A stretch of DNA of 63,935 nucleotides, counting the filler, from Blastocystis sp. subtype 4 (Eukaryota), in NCBI RefSeq assembly GCF_000743755.1. It is 3 parts of 3 records of this genome, joined end to end, with 100 filler letters (N's around TTAATTAATTAA, not from the genome) between each part and the next. Parts side by side here need not be neighbours in the genome. Positions count along the whole stretch, not along the records: positions 27,204 to 51,808 come from NW_014569389.1; positions 51,909 to 63,935 come from NW_014569247.1; 1 more part is not named here. One strand, 5' to 3'. Shown here piece by piece: positions 49,110 through 60,241 of the stretch. Position numbers and translations under genes: made by a program. Within the stretch, counting starts at the first letter, position 1, and each line of letters begins with the position of its first letter. Under the pieces are notes generated by a model. That model had not been told where the DNA came from, searched no databases, and saw only the letters and a program-made list of their open reading frames with translations.

Positions 49110-51022
49110 ATGAGTTATTTTTCTGGAAAGGTGTTGTTAGGAGATCTGGATGACTTTATTGCTCCTGCACAAGCCTGTTCAACAGGATTGTTTTCGAATG
49201 CACCTCAAGGAGGGGGGAAGACACAGTTGGTGATGGAAGATGATTTTGATGAACAATTTGGGTATTAGGAAGCGAAGTTAATGCTGATGGTTAGAAGTAA
49301 TAAAGCAGATGTGATAAAAAGCAGTGCAACTAAAGTTGCAAGTGTTTCTTTAGCTGATTGCCTTGCTTGCAGGTAAGAAGAAACGATGAATGCAATGAGT
49401 GTGTTAGTGGATGTGTTACAAGTGCAGAGACCGTCTTAATTCAGCAGCAGAGTACAGAAACGTTTCTACAGCAGATGAAGCAAGTGATGATTTGTTGTTC
49501 CTTTGATCACTAGAGAGAACGTAGCGTGTATGTTGCAATCGTTTCGAGACCTTCTTGTGTCTCGATCGCTGACCGACTTGGAACTTCCATTCGTGATGCA
49601 TATTTACGTATCCAGTCTCTTCTTCAAGTAGACATAAATTGTATTCATCAGATATAGTCATACGGGGTTGATCTTGTTCTTCAACAGGAAATTGGTGAGT
49701 ACATTGCTTTGGTGGAGGTAGGATCTATTGATTGAAATCAGTGTCTCTAGTCGATTTACGAATATGAATGCCGCAAAGAAGGTTCAACAACACTGGATGA
49801 TCTTGTGACCAATCCTTCCTATGCTGTTAACAGTGATATTGCTGTGTTGAAATCTGTCTGAATGAGTCATCTGTAGATATCCAGCAGAAGGTCAAGTGGT
49901 CGATGTCAACCATCTCGATCCATCCATTCCATTCGTTCAAAATCAGGACTATTTTAAGAATCCAAATACTGTACCGAAAGTTGCACCCAATGCTCCTTTC
50001 ATTACCAGCAACTGTCCAGGGTATGTATAGATTGTCATGGTTCCCATTCAGGTGGATTTGCTATGCAGAGAAGAAATCGCATGCATTAGTTCCCTTCCTG
50101 TCTACAGTGCGATCTGCCCAACAAATCATGGGCCAACTGATTCGGAAGTTCCTTCCAAATCAGTGTTCTTCGCTTCAGTCAAAGGATATTTACATTGTTA
50201 CGGTAGTTTCATGTTACGATCGCAAGCTAGAGGCTTCCCGAAGAGATTTCCTTTCACCTGAGGGATCTCAAGATATTGACTGTGTACTCACCTCACAAGA
50301 GATTTATGATTTGTTGTTGAAACCGTTGCCAGAGCCTGTGCCAATGCGTTCCATTCAACTAAATATTGATTGGTGGAACCAGTTAAAGATATCTTCATGT
50401 AACGATGTTCTAAGCTCCAGTGGTGGTGTGTTGCTGGCTCTCCTTCATCATATTCTTTCACAGCATCCAGAGGCGGTGATTCAGTAGGATGAGAGGAATG
50501 ATGTAATGAACAGAAAACGGACTGTCCGAAATAGTGACTTTATTGAGGTAGATGTGTGTGAAGGAGATGTAACAATCTTCAAAGGAGCCTTTATTTATGG
50601 ATTCCGGAATATTCAGAATCTTGTGATGAAGATGCGAGTGAGACTGAATGAGTAATTTAAGAAATAGAGACGAAAATGTTTCTATGATGCAGTGGAAGTA
50701 ATGGCATGTCCCAGGTAAGAAATGTTGGGTTATTGTGATTGAAGTGGTTGTTTGAATGGAGGAGGTCAAATTCGGCCAGAAAAGAAGGAGGAAATGATGA
50801 CAATTGCAGATACATTGAGTGTATGTTGAAATGTAGATGGATAAGAGTTAGAGCATGTATAGGAACGAAGGAGGAGAATTTGATCTGCAGGAGATTATTC
50901 AGAACATGCAAACAATCTATGACAATCTGGGAATTACAATAGGAAGTGAAGAGGCGTATCGATTATTCCACACTCGATATCATGTTATTCCTGAAGTCAC
51001 TGTAAATTCGCTCAATTGGTAG
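49110..51022 (+). CDS. NAR1: Cytosolic Fe-S assembly factor Nar1/IOP1 (hydrogenase-like)
   Basis: DLDDFIAPAQAC, SLADCLACSGCVTSAE, SNCPGWICYAEK, CYDRKLEASR, EVMACPSGCLNGGGQ, HTRYH, C-terminal W. Confidence 0.93.
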
Positions 51023-51072
51023 TCGCTTTAGTGTTTTGTTTGTTTTGGAATCACGACGGAGACTGTGTATGA

Positions 51073-51645
51073 ATGAGTCAAATTATATCCAACGATGATA
51101 TGAGGAATCAGATTCATCAACTAGTGAAGGAGATTGAGGCAGTTCGAAAGGAATATGTCTATCTTCAGTTTCTAGTATCGAATTCTCTTGAGAAGTCCGA
51201 TCAGATCCAAGAAAAGGGTGACAGGACGAAGATTGGACACAACCCGAACCCGACATTTGACGACTCAGCAGAGAATCTATCTGAAAGGTGGAATCAGAAT
51301 TCTAATGAACTGTCACAGCTCACTTCAGAACGCAACTATCTTCAAACGGAGGCTTCGATGTTAGAAGAGGAAGGTACAGACCTTCTTGATGCTATCGAAG
51401 CAATTACTTTGGAGAAAGCTTCGATTCAGAAACAGTTGGAATCGGTCCAAGAAGAACTAGAATCGAGTAAACACTTGATCGATCACCTTATGGAGGACCG
51501 AGAACGCTTTTTGAAGGACAAGGAAACAAAAACGACTATGATAACTACATTTGAAGCATTGTTCCGTATGGCTCTTTCTCTTGGCTCATTTGTAGAACAA
51601 CGAGGAGTATCATTGTACCATACCTCTGGAAAACGGCCTGAATAG
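51073..51645 (+). CDS. Coiled-coil hypothetical protein
   Basis: 190-aa E/Q/L-rich heptad ORF. Confidence 0.55.
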   Translation: MSQIISNDDMRNQIHQLVKEIEAVRKEYVYLQFLVSNSLEKSDQIQEKGDRTKIGHNPNPTFDDSAENLSERWNQNSNELSQLTSERNYLQTEASMLEEEGTDLLDAIEAITLEKASIQKQLESVQEELESSKHLIDHLMEDRERFLKDKETKTTMITTFEALFRMALSLGSFVEQRGVSLYHTSGKRPE

Positions 51646-51728
51646 TATCTAAACATAATTCAAAGAACACCTATTTCATTCCAACAAACAAATACAAGCT
51701 CCCCTCAATGACTTGAACCCAAATCTGC

Positions 51729-51808
51729 TTAGTAGAAGAAACCAATGACCTTTCCACCCACATGCTTGCGCTTAGCCTCCTCGTGGTCCATAATTCCCAT
51801 CGAAGTGG
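51729..51808 (-). CDS. RPS15A: 40S ribosomal protein S15a (uS8), 3' fragment
   Basis: TSMGIMDHEEAKRKHVGGKVIGFFY*; the rest lies in the gap. Confidence 0.9.
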
Positions 51809-51908
51809 NNNNNNNNNNNNNNNNNNNNNNNNNNNNNNNNNNNNNNNNNNNNTTAATTAATTAANNNNNNNNNNNNNNNNNNNNNNNNNNNNNNNNNNNN
51901 NNNNNNNN
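51809..51908. other. Scaffold gap with artificial TTAATTAATTAA linker
   Basis: Same N-linker-N structure as 27104-27203. Confidence 0.97.
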
Positions 51909-52864
51909 GCATCCTTACGCATACGTTCATTGGCTCCAGAATCGCTCATGATGTTCAGTAGCAGAGAATCGGAAGTGAGATACACACGATTGTTCGAGCG
52001 AGCAATGGTAGCAGCAATATCCTTTGCTGTGTTAATACGACGTAGTTCAATGAAACCAGGATTGTTTTCCATAGCCTCTCCAATCAGTCGGGCAGAGGTG
52101 GCTTCTCCCTCAGCACGAATAATTGTAGATTTCTTGTCCTGTTTGGCCTGTTCCACCACATACTTGGCACGTTCAGCTTCCTGTTGAGCAACCTGCTTGG
52201 CTTCAACAGCATTTGTGAACTCACGACCGAAAGCCAGATCAATGATAGCCACATCATCAATAACAATTCCAAACTCACGACCTCGCTCAATCAGATTACG
52301 CTGGATAAGACGACTCACTTGTTCTCGCTGGGTTAGAAGAGCGGAGGCATTGAACTGAGCTACCACCTGCTTCAGCACTTCATTCACAATAGATGGCATC
52401 ACACGCTCGTTCCAGTCTATGCATCAACTTTCACTCGTTCCCTCACTCAATCCAAGGGCTTTGTATGTGGTTGGGAGCAATTCTACATCGGGATGACACA
52501 GAACTCGAAGCGAAATATTGACCATCTGTAGATCTATCCCATTACAACTCCTTCCCTCCTATTACCTCGAGTTCCAGTCAACGAAGACATCGTTCTTGGC
52601 TGAGTACGGATATCGTATCTGTAAACACGCTGGAACCAAGGGACGAGAAAATGGGTTCCTTCAGGAATAACCTTGTTTTGAATACCTCCAATACGATTGT
52701 AAATAATACCACGATGACCAGAATCAACTATACAAACGATGAGAAAGGGAAAAGACAATTCTTCACTTACTATTGTACAACGACTCATAACCGGCCCATC
52801 CGACTAATCCGCAGGCAATTCCCCACTTCAGAACCTTTCCGGTGATAGCAAGTGCATTCGACAT
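51909..52864 (-). CDS. PHB2: Prohibitin-2 (3' end in gap)
   Basis: VDSGHRGIIYNRIGG, EGTHFLVPWFQ, AVEAKQVAQQEAERA, NRVYLTSDSLLLN. Confidence 0.93.
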
Positions 52865-53231
52865 CTATTCAAGGTGAGACCACCGTACATGATGGGATAT
52901 TCCAGGTACATTCCATTCCAATCCCTACTTTTCCTTATTGTCCAGTCCTTAGAGCAATTATCGCAAAAGTAGAAAGGGAGTAGTTGTTAAAGGATTCTTG
53001 ATTATCAAGAATTCACACCACTTTACCATAGTATCCATCGATAGATGTCCCTCTTTCACTCCATAGGATACAGAATACTCCTATGAGGAGATCTGATGAT
53101 TAATAAGGATTAGAACTGTTCCACAGTATACAACTCCAGGTGATATCCATTTCAAATCAGGAATGTAGCTTGGTAGATGCTTTGTGAAATAGATTCCCAT
53201 CAAAACAAACCACACTTCTCTAATCACGACT

Positions 53232-54401
53232 ATGGATCAACCGTGGATTGAGAAGTACAGACCCCAGAAAGTACATAAAACGAATCTAAGTGCTAATTTC
53301 GTAGTTGTCTGAGATTGTGGGAAATGAGGACTCTATAGAGCGATTGCAGATTATTGCAAAGCGAGGCAATCTTCCACATATCCTTCTTGCAGTATTCTCT
53401 GTTGATGAGGAGTTTATAATAGGGACCTCCTGGAACCGGAAAAACAACGAGTATTATCTGCTTAGCGAAAGAGATGTTGGGCGATGCGTACAAAAGCGCT
53501 GTTATCGAGTTAAATGCATCAGATGATCGGTACTTTCGGTTTTCTTATCTGAAATGATAGAGGAATTGATGTCGTGCGTGAAAAGATCAAGCTATTTGCT
53601 CAAAAGAAGGTGAGTTTGGGAGAAGGTCAACACAAGTTGGTTATTCTAGATGAAGCTGATAGGTGATTGCTCCTTGACGTCCTCATCTGTAGCATGACTC
53701 CAGCTGCTCAGCAGGCTCTCCGTCGTATTATGGAGTTGTATTCTGCGACAACTCGCTTTGCCCTGGCTTGTAACATTTCGTCCAAGATTATCGAACCAAT
53801 TCAAGTAGATGTAGTGTGGTAGAATGACTCAGAGTCGTTGTGCTATTCTTCGCTATAGTCGTCTTCGGGATGGTGAAATCTTATCACGTCTACTGTACAT
53901 CTGTGAGCACGAAAAGGTGAAATATACGAACGATGGTCTGGAGGCCTTGTTGTTCTGTAGTGATGGCGATTTGCGTATGGCTGTAAACAGCTTGCAGGCA
54001 ACGGCCAGTGGTTTTGATGTTGTAAATAGTGAAAACGTATTGAAGGTGTGTGACCAGCCTCCTCCTGCTGTTGCTCAGCAGATCGTGTCGTCTTGTGCGA
54101 AAGGAGACATTGAAGGCGGAAGGGCTGGGATGAATAAACTGTGGGATGACGGTAGGTTGTCGTAGTTGATGCGAATGTAGGTTACTCTGCTTCGGATATT
54201 ATGGGCACTCTGTTCAAGGTAACGAAAGATTCACAAATTCCAGAGGCTCTCCGACTTGAATTTTTGCGGGTGGGAAACGCGGTTGAAGTGTAAGAATAGG
54301 AAATTGGCTTATGTTCTGTTCGTCTGGCTGAGGGATTGACGTCCTTGTTACAGCTCCTGGGAGTTGTTGCAAAGTTATGTGAACTTGCTGTTAAGAAATA
54401 A
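53232..54401 (+). CDS. RFC2: Replication factor C small subunit (human RFC2/yeast Rfc4)
   Basis: [54 protein letters not shown]. Confidence 0.93.
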
Positions 54402-54487
54402 CCTGTTTGTTGCCATTCATTTCCATCTTGGATCGCCTTTGGTTCCTATAGTTATACTTGGACCAATAATTGTGTTCAAAACCGGAA

Positions 54488-56344
54488 ATGCAATATCGTC
54501 TGCTGTGGTTTCTTCTCGTTATTTTTTTCGTTGCAGGAGTGTGTTACTCCAGTTCAAATGACAAGTATCTCATGGATTACGGTATTATTATCAGATATGA
54601 GATGAATGTCTCTGTTGACAATTCCCCTGAGATTCCGTTATCATCTGAAATCGGTAATAGACTCGACATAATACTTATCTAGATCATCTGGAGGACTATC
54701 TTGAATCTCTTACCGTATTTTCCAAGACAGAGTTTGTTCAAGGTATTTCCCATGACTACCGTTCATCTCTAGGACTGTACAAATCTAAACTCCCCGCCGA
54801 ACTTAAAACGCGATACCAAGAGATCAATGAACGTAGAGCGGAGGATATTCGAGCAAATATGAAATGGGCATGGTCTCAGTATGTTGGAAACTGTTGATTT
54901 CACTTGTAGGTATTCCCAAAACGCTCTTGGTAGCGATGAGATTCGCCCCATTTCGGGTACTCCTTATCAGTACTGGGGAGGATTGGGTATGATGGTTGTT
55001 GAGAGTACTGATACGTTATGGATCATGAAGCTTGAAAAAGAGTACCAACAAGCTTTGGCTTGGATTCAGGCAGAACTTCGATTTGACCTCAATCATTTCA
55101 CTTCGGTATTTGAGACCATCATTCGCATGGTTGGAGGACTTCTCAGTGGATATGCCCTTACTCAAGACCCTGTCTATCTGCAGAAAGCTGAGGACCTCGC
55201 TGATCGATTGATGGCAAGCTATGAGGGTCTCCTGAATCATCCCAATGTGAATCTTGCCACAGGCGCTGGGAGTCAAGTGGAAAAGAAGAGTAGTTTGGCT
55301 GAAATCGCCACGAATTATGTGGAGTTTATGTATACAACGATAATGATTGTTGTTCTAGATATCTGTCGCAAATCACGGGGAATCCTAAGTATCGGGAGAA
55401 GGCCGAATCGATTATTGAATTCCTAGATGGAGTGACCAAGAAGAAAGGTCTCTTACCACTTGAAGTAATCGTGGAATATAGCTGATAGCTAGTATCAGAT
55501 CATGAATGGAGCGTCAGTGCACAGTGCTGTTACCATGGGGAACCGTGCTGATAGTTTCTACGAATATCTTCTTAAAGGATGGTTATTAACAGGAAAGAAA
55601 GATGAGGTAGTTGAATGGACACAATGTGATGTAGAGACTACGTCGAATGTATCAAGATGCCCTTCATGGAATGTACTCGTTACTGTTAACTGAATCAACC
55701 CAAGATCATATTCTGTATCTTGGCGAGTATCATGCCTCTCATAGAACGAATACGATGCATCATCTATCTTGCTTCCTTCCTGGAGTATTGATTCTGGGAG
55801 CCGAGGAAGGCATATCTGATACACCTGAGCAAGATCGTGTGACAGCTTATCGCTTAATGTAGAATCAGGAGATGGATTCTCTTGTAGGCACACCTGTTAT
55901 CTTATGTATAATACCACTCTCAGCGGTCTGGCTTCCGAAGTATACACATTTATGGATTCTTCTGTGAACAATACGTCGTTTCAGGAATCATTCAATCCTC
56001 TATATAATGATATGAGAGTATCTGGTCTTACCAAGTACCTTCTTCGACCAGAAACAGTGGAAAGTTTGTATGTAATGTATGTCAAGACCAAGAATCCAAT
56101 ATTCCGTGAATGGGGCTGGAAGATTTGGACTACGATCAAAGAGAAGTGTAAGGCTCCGTATGGATTTGCAGATTACTCTGGAGTCAACCAGGTTCATGGA
56201 AGGATTGATGACCGCGCTGAAACTTGGTTCTATTCGGAGACTATGAAGTATCTGTATCTTCTCTTCTCGGAATCCGGAGAATCCTACCTAGACAACTACG
56301 TTTTCAATACCGAAGCACATCCGATTCCTCGTCAAACAAAGTAA
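54488..56344 (+). CDS. GH47 class I alpha-1,2-mannosidase
   Basis: SVFETIIRMVGGLLS, SLAE, ADSFYEYLLK, HLSCF, LLRPETVES, FYSETMKYLYL, VFNTEAHP. Confidence 0.93.
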
Positions 56345-56434
56345 ATACATATTCTTGTTTCTTACATACGGCTGCTAAGAATTCATAATAACCGTTCTCC
56401 TCGGTTTTTATAACATTCGTTGCTATCATAGAAC

Positions 56435-58226
56435 ATGAACCCCGAAAGCCCACCTGCAGAAGTCCCGAAGACTTCTGAATCGGTGGAAAATACGATGGGA
56501 TATGATCCATGTCCTGTATGTAAAGCTATTCAAAACATCGAATCGAAATTCTGGATCGGTTGTGATGAATGTGGTTTGTGGTACCATGATGTCTGCGAAG
56601 GTCTCACTGCTCCATTTAATGAAGAAACGTATATTTGCTGTAGCTGTCGCAAGAAACGTTGAATTGGACGATGTTCTTTAACTTCTAGGAAACCTACCTG
56701 TTCCTGCTAAAGTACCGCCGATTAAGACCAAGAGTGGACTATCTGGGGAAGAATCCACAGAAAAGAATGTATGAAATGACGTAGTTTGTGATCATTCTAG
56801 AAACGACGTGGAAGAAAAAAGAAGGAGTCAGTTCAACATCACGAAAAGATGTGAGTTTCTGAAGACGAGAAATAATCTTTAGTCAGACCAGGCAAGTTGC
56901 TTCCACATTTAAAAGTTCTATTCCTGCATTTCCGACTATTGGCGACGATGTGAAGGCCTTTGGAGGATATGACTATTGTTCTGTATATAAGAAGTCCCAA
57001 GACATCGATGAGAATGTAATAACCCAGTATCAGAAGAAGGAGTTTATACCAAATCGTCGTTTGTTTTGGAAGGTCCAGTTCAGACTGCTTCTTCATCTCT
57101 AGAGATATCAAAAGGAAATTAAGATGGAGACCAAAGCCATTGGAGAGGATGTCTTAGCCGATCCTCTAAAACAGCGGGCTCATTTACTGTCACTATCGGT
57201 ACAGATCGATGTATAACTTGATTCTAGCACAAGCATCCTGAAGTGGACGAATTGAGCGCAATTAGTCGATACATCATCGCCAAGCGAGCTGATATCGAAG
57301 TGGAGCGTCTGAATTGAATTCATTTCTTCATATGTAGATGACCCCCAAGATACAAAGGAGGAGGAAGAGAAGATACAAACTCCCCAACCAGTACCCCCTC
57401 AGACACCTGTGATTGATGTCAACCATCCCACCCCATCTTCCGGTTATAATCAGTACTTGTCCTCCGAGTCTTTTAACCTCTCTACTCCAACCAAAATGCC
57501 CTCATTGTCATCTCCTGATGGGCCTCCTCTCCAGCCAGCGACAAGGTCCTCGAGTGTTCAGCGCAAGTCTCGCTTTGATCTAAGTAGGTCTCGTACTCCT
57601 TTCTCATATAAAGCGCCTTCCAGTAAACCTGATCACTTTCCGTACAACAATGTGTCTTCTACTGTTTCTCCTGTTCACCCGAGCGCAGAGCCGAGATCGA
57701 TACCAGATGTTGCAGCCATGACGCAACCATCTGAGAGGCCTCCATCCTTATCAGCTTCAGGGAACGGGAGTTTTGATTTATCACATGGACGCGCTAGTTA
57801 CAGTCGCAGTAGCAGTCGCAGTGACCGAGGTCATGGATCACATTACAGTCGTAGTAGCAGTCGATCTCGAAGTGGGTATCGACGAGGCAGTCTGAGTCGT
57901 GATCACTCGCGACGATCGAGTCGTAGTTATAGTTACAGTAGTCATTCCAACTCCCGATCTCGCAGTAATTCTCATAGTCGGAGCAGTCGTAGTCGAAGTT
58001 ATAGTCGTTCCCGCAGTCGAAATAGTTCGGGATATCGGGATGTAGTGTATTGAAGTTTTGTTTCATAGTCTAGCGCTCCAGAGATCGTTACTCTAGGTAT
58101 TATAACTCGCCATCTCGTTATTACGATAAATATCGTGATGAGCGAGGATATTCAAATTACCGATCGTTACATCAAGATAATTATCGAAGTTGGGGTTACT
58201 CTCGTGATGGGAGTCGTTATTACTAG
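56435..58226 (+). CDS. PHD-finger protein with RS-rich C-terminus
   Basis: CPVC..WIGCDECGLWYHDVC..YICCSC; long SR dipeptide tract at 57790-58030. Confidence 0.75.
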
Positions 58227-58490
58227 AATCGGTTTCATTTATGTGGGTTGTTTGTTTTCATTAATTGACTTGGATTGTTTCAGAATAAATAGATGTTGAG
58301 ATTAATTCATATGAATTGAATATGGATTTACAATTAATAATCCCAATTAGTACTTTACCCCACACTGTTATCCAAACAATTCAGATCAATTAATTCTATT
58401 CGATCCAAAAGCATTTTTGATTCTTAGGAATTATCTCTTTGGTAACACCACCACTCTGTTTCTAACAAACAATCACCAAAAATGGACTCT

Positions 58491-59279
58491 TTACAACGCA
58501 ACTCTTCTACGTTTATTCCAAACTCGACATCTGTAATTACAGAACCATATCGTAATCTGCTTTACAGATAAGCCTGTCTCATTTGAAAGAACGGTTTTCT
58601 CCCGCTTAGAACAATACGGATAAAGCAAATGAGAATTCACCCAATTCTTAAGGATTCTTAGAGCACGCGGTTCAAACGGTCGAGATCTCGTTTTCTTGAA
58701 TTCGTTAGCCGCTTTAGATAATTGGCGAGCTCCTTTCTTAATATAGTACTCAGGAGCCTTAGACGGAATAGAGATACAAATTGACTCCTCACTACTAGGT
58801 TTAGAAACAGATTGATTTTCACAAAAGGGCCGACATCCATCTTCATGGAACAAAACAGAGTTCATGGAGTGTTCCATATCCAATTCAGGAACACTGACAT
58901 TGTTAGAGACATTGCAACCAATAGACAAATCATTATGCGATTCCAAACAATTCGCACCATACAAACTTTCATCAACAGATAGGGGTACAAGAATACTTAT
59001 AACATCATTCGTAGAACCATTATCAGAATCACTCAAAGGAATAACAGGACTTGGACTAACATTCTCAGTAACACTAGGGATAGACAACGGGAGTGCTTGA
59101 TTCGATGAAGCGTATGCTTCGTTGGTACAAGACAAACTGGACACACAATAGATAGGGGAACCATAAAACAAATTGTTGGTTTTTTGAACATCATCTCCCT
59201 TCTCCTTATACCACAACCCGTCCATATTCGCATTACCAAACTTAACATTTGCTATAGGATTCGGGTTCTTAGTCTCCAT
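58491..59279 (-). CDS. TALE-class homeodomain transcription factor
   Basis: LKNWVNSHLLYPYCSKREK..ETGLSVKQITIWFCNYRCR; intronless. Confidence 0.85.
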   Translation of the reverse strand: METKNPNPIANVKFGNANMDGLWYKEKGDDVQKTNNLFYGSPIYCVSSLSCTNEAYASSNQALPLSIPSVTENVSPSPVIPLSDSDNGSTNDVISILVPLSVDESLYGANCLESHNDLSIGCNVSNNVSVPELDMEHSMNSVLFHEDGCRPFCENQSVSKPSSEESICISIPSKAPEYYIKKGARQLSKAANEFKKTRSRPFEPRALRILKNWVNSHLLYPYCSKREKTVLSNETGLSVKQITIWFCNYRCRVWNKRRRVAL

Positions 59280-59651
59280 GTATCCATCTTCTGTGGTAGG
59301 AGTCTCTGGGACTACATATCAAAGGAGACGATAGACACTTACGGAAGCTGCTTCCCCAGAAGGTTCCACAAGGGATCCCAACACTACTTTCAGAACAACA
59401 AAACTGTCGACCTCCTCCACCTGAATTGTACACCAACATATTAGTACAAGGGAGGGCAGTCTTTGGATAGATTTTTCTATGCATTGACTGATTTAGTGGT
59501 ACAAATAATGAGCCTATGAAATATTGATAAGTGAAACTTCCTACCGTGGGAAAACCACGTACTCCCAAGGCTGCCTGACTGTTGCTAAGATTCATCTTTT
59601 CAGAGAAGAAAGGACAAGTGTTCACATTTCCTTGTCGCTATTGCTAAAACC

Positions 59652-60201
59652 ATGAATTATCAACATCCAGAACGGTGTGTATTCAGTAATAAGTGAGTAA
59701 AAGCTGCTGATATGTAGTTGGCAACATCCCGTATAAGGCCACATATGACCAAGTCCTCTCTCTTATGCAATCTATTGGACCTGTGTACAATCTTGAGTGT
59801 GGAATTCGGAAAACGCCTAACATCTAGTTTGAAAAAGGATGATGCAACGGGTCTGAATACTGGAATTGGTTTCTGCGAGTTCTATGACAAACAAACTGCT
59901 GACGAGGCAAGAAAGATGAATAACAAGAAGAGTATCAACGGTCGTGCTATTCGTATCGATAACCCTGATGGTGGAAAGAAAGGAACTGCTGCTGTGGTAA
60001 GTTTTCGAGGGTGTTCATGAAGAATAGATTCCCCAGAGCTTTAGTGGTGTTTTAACGCGTGAGGAGGCGCACCGTCTGCTTATCAATGTTCAAAACCTCG
60101 TAAAGAGTGACCCAGAGAAAGCAGCAACAATCCTAACGGCTAATCCCAGTATTGTCAATTGTCTCGAAGAACTCCTACGAATCAACAAGTTGATGCAATA
60201 G
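59652..60201 (+). CDS. CSTF2: Minimal CstF-64/Rna15-like protein (RRM + hinge)
   Basis: CVFIGNIPYKAT, GIGFCEFYD, INGRAIRID, then hinge-like EAHRLLINVQNLVKSDPEKAATILTANP. Confidence 0.75.
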
Positions 60202-60241
60202 TCTATGTAGAATAAGTACAACTGTTTCGAACAAACAACAA

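Noticed and set aside
49110..51022. Possible [FeFe]-hydrogenase
   Set aside because: The DFIAPAQAC N-terminus, CPGW motif and C-terminal Trp identify Nar1/IOP1.
57794..58066. Asp/Cys/Tyr-rich minus-strand ORF
   Set aside because: Antisense reading of the RS-repeat exon.
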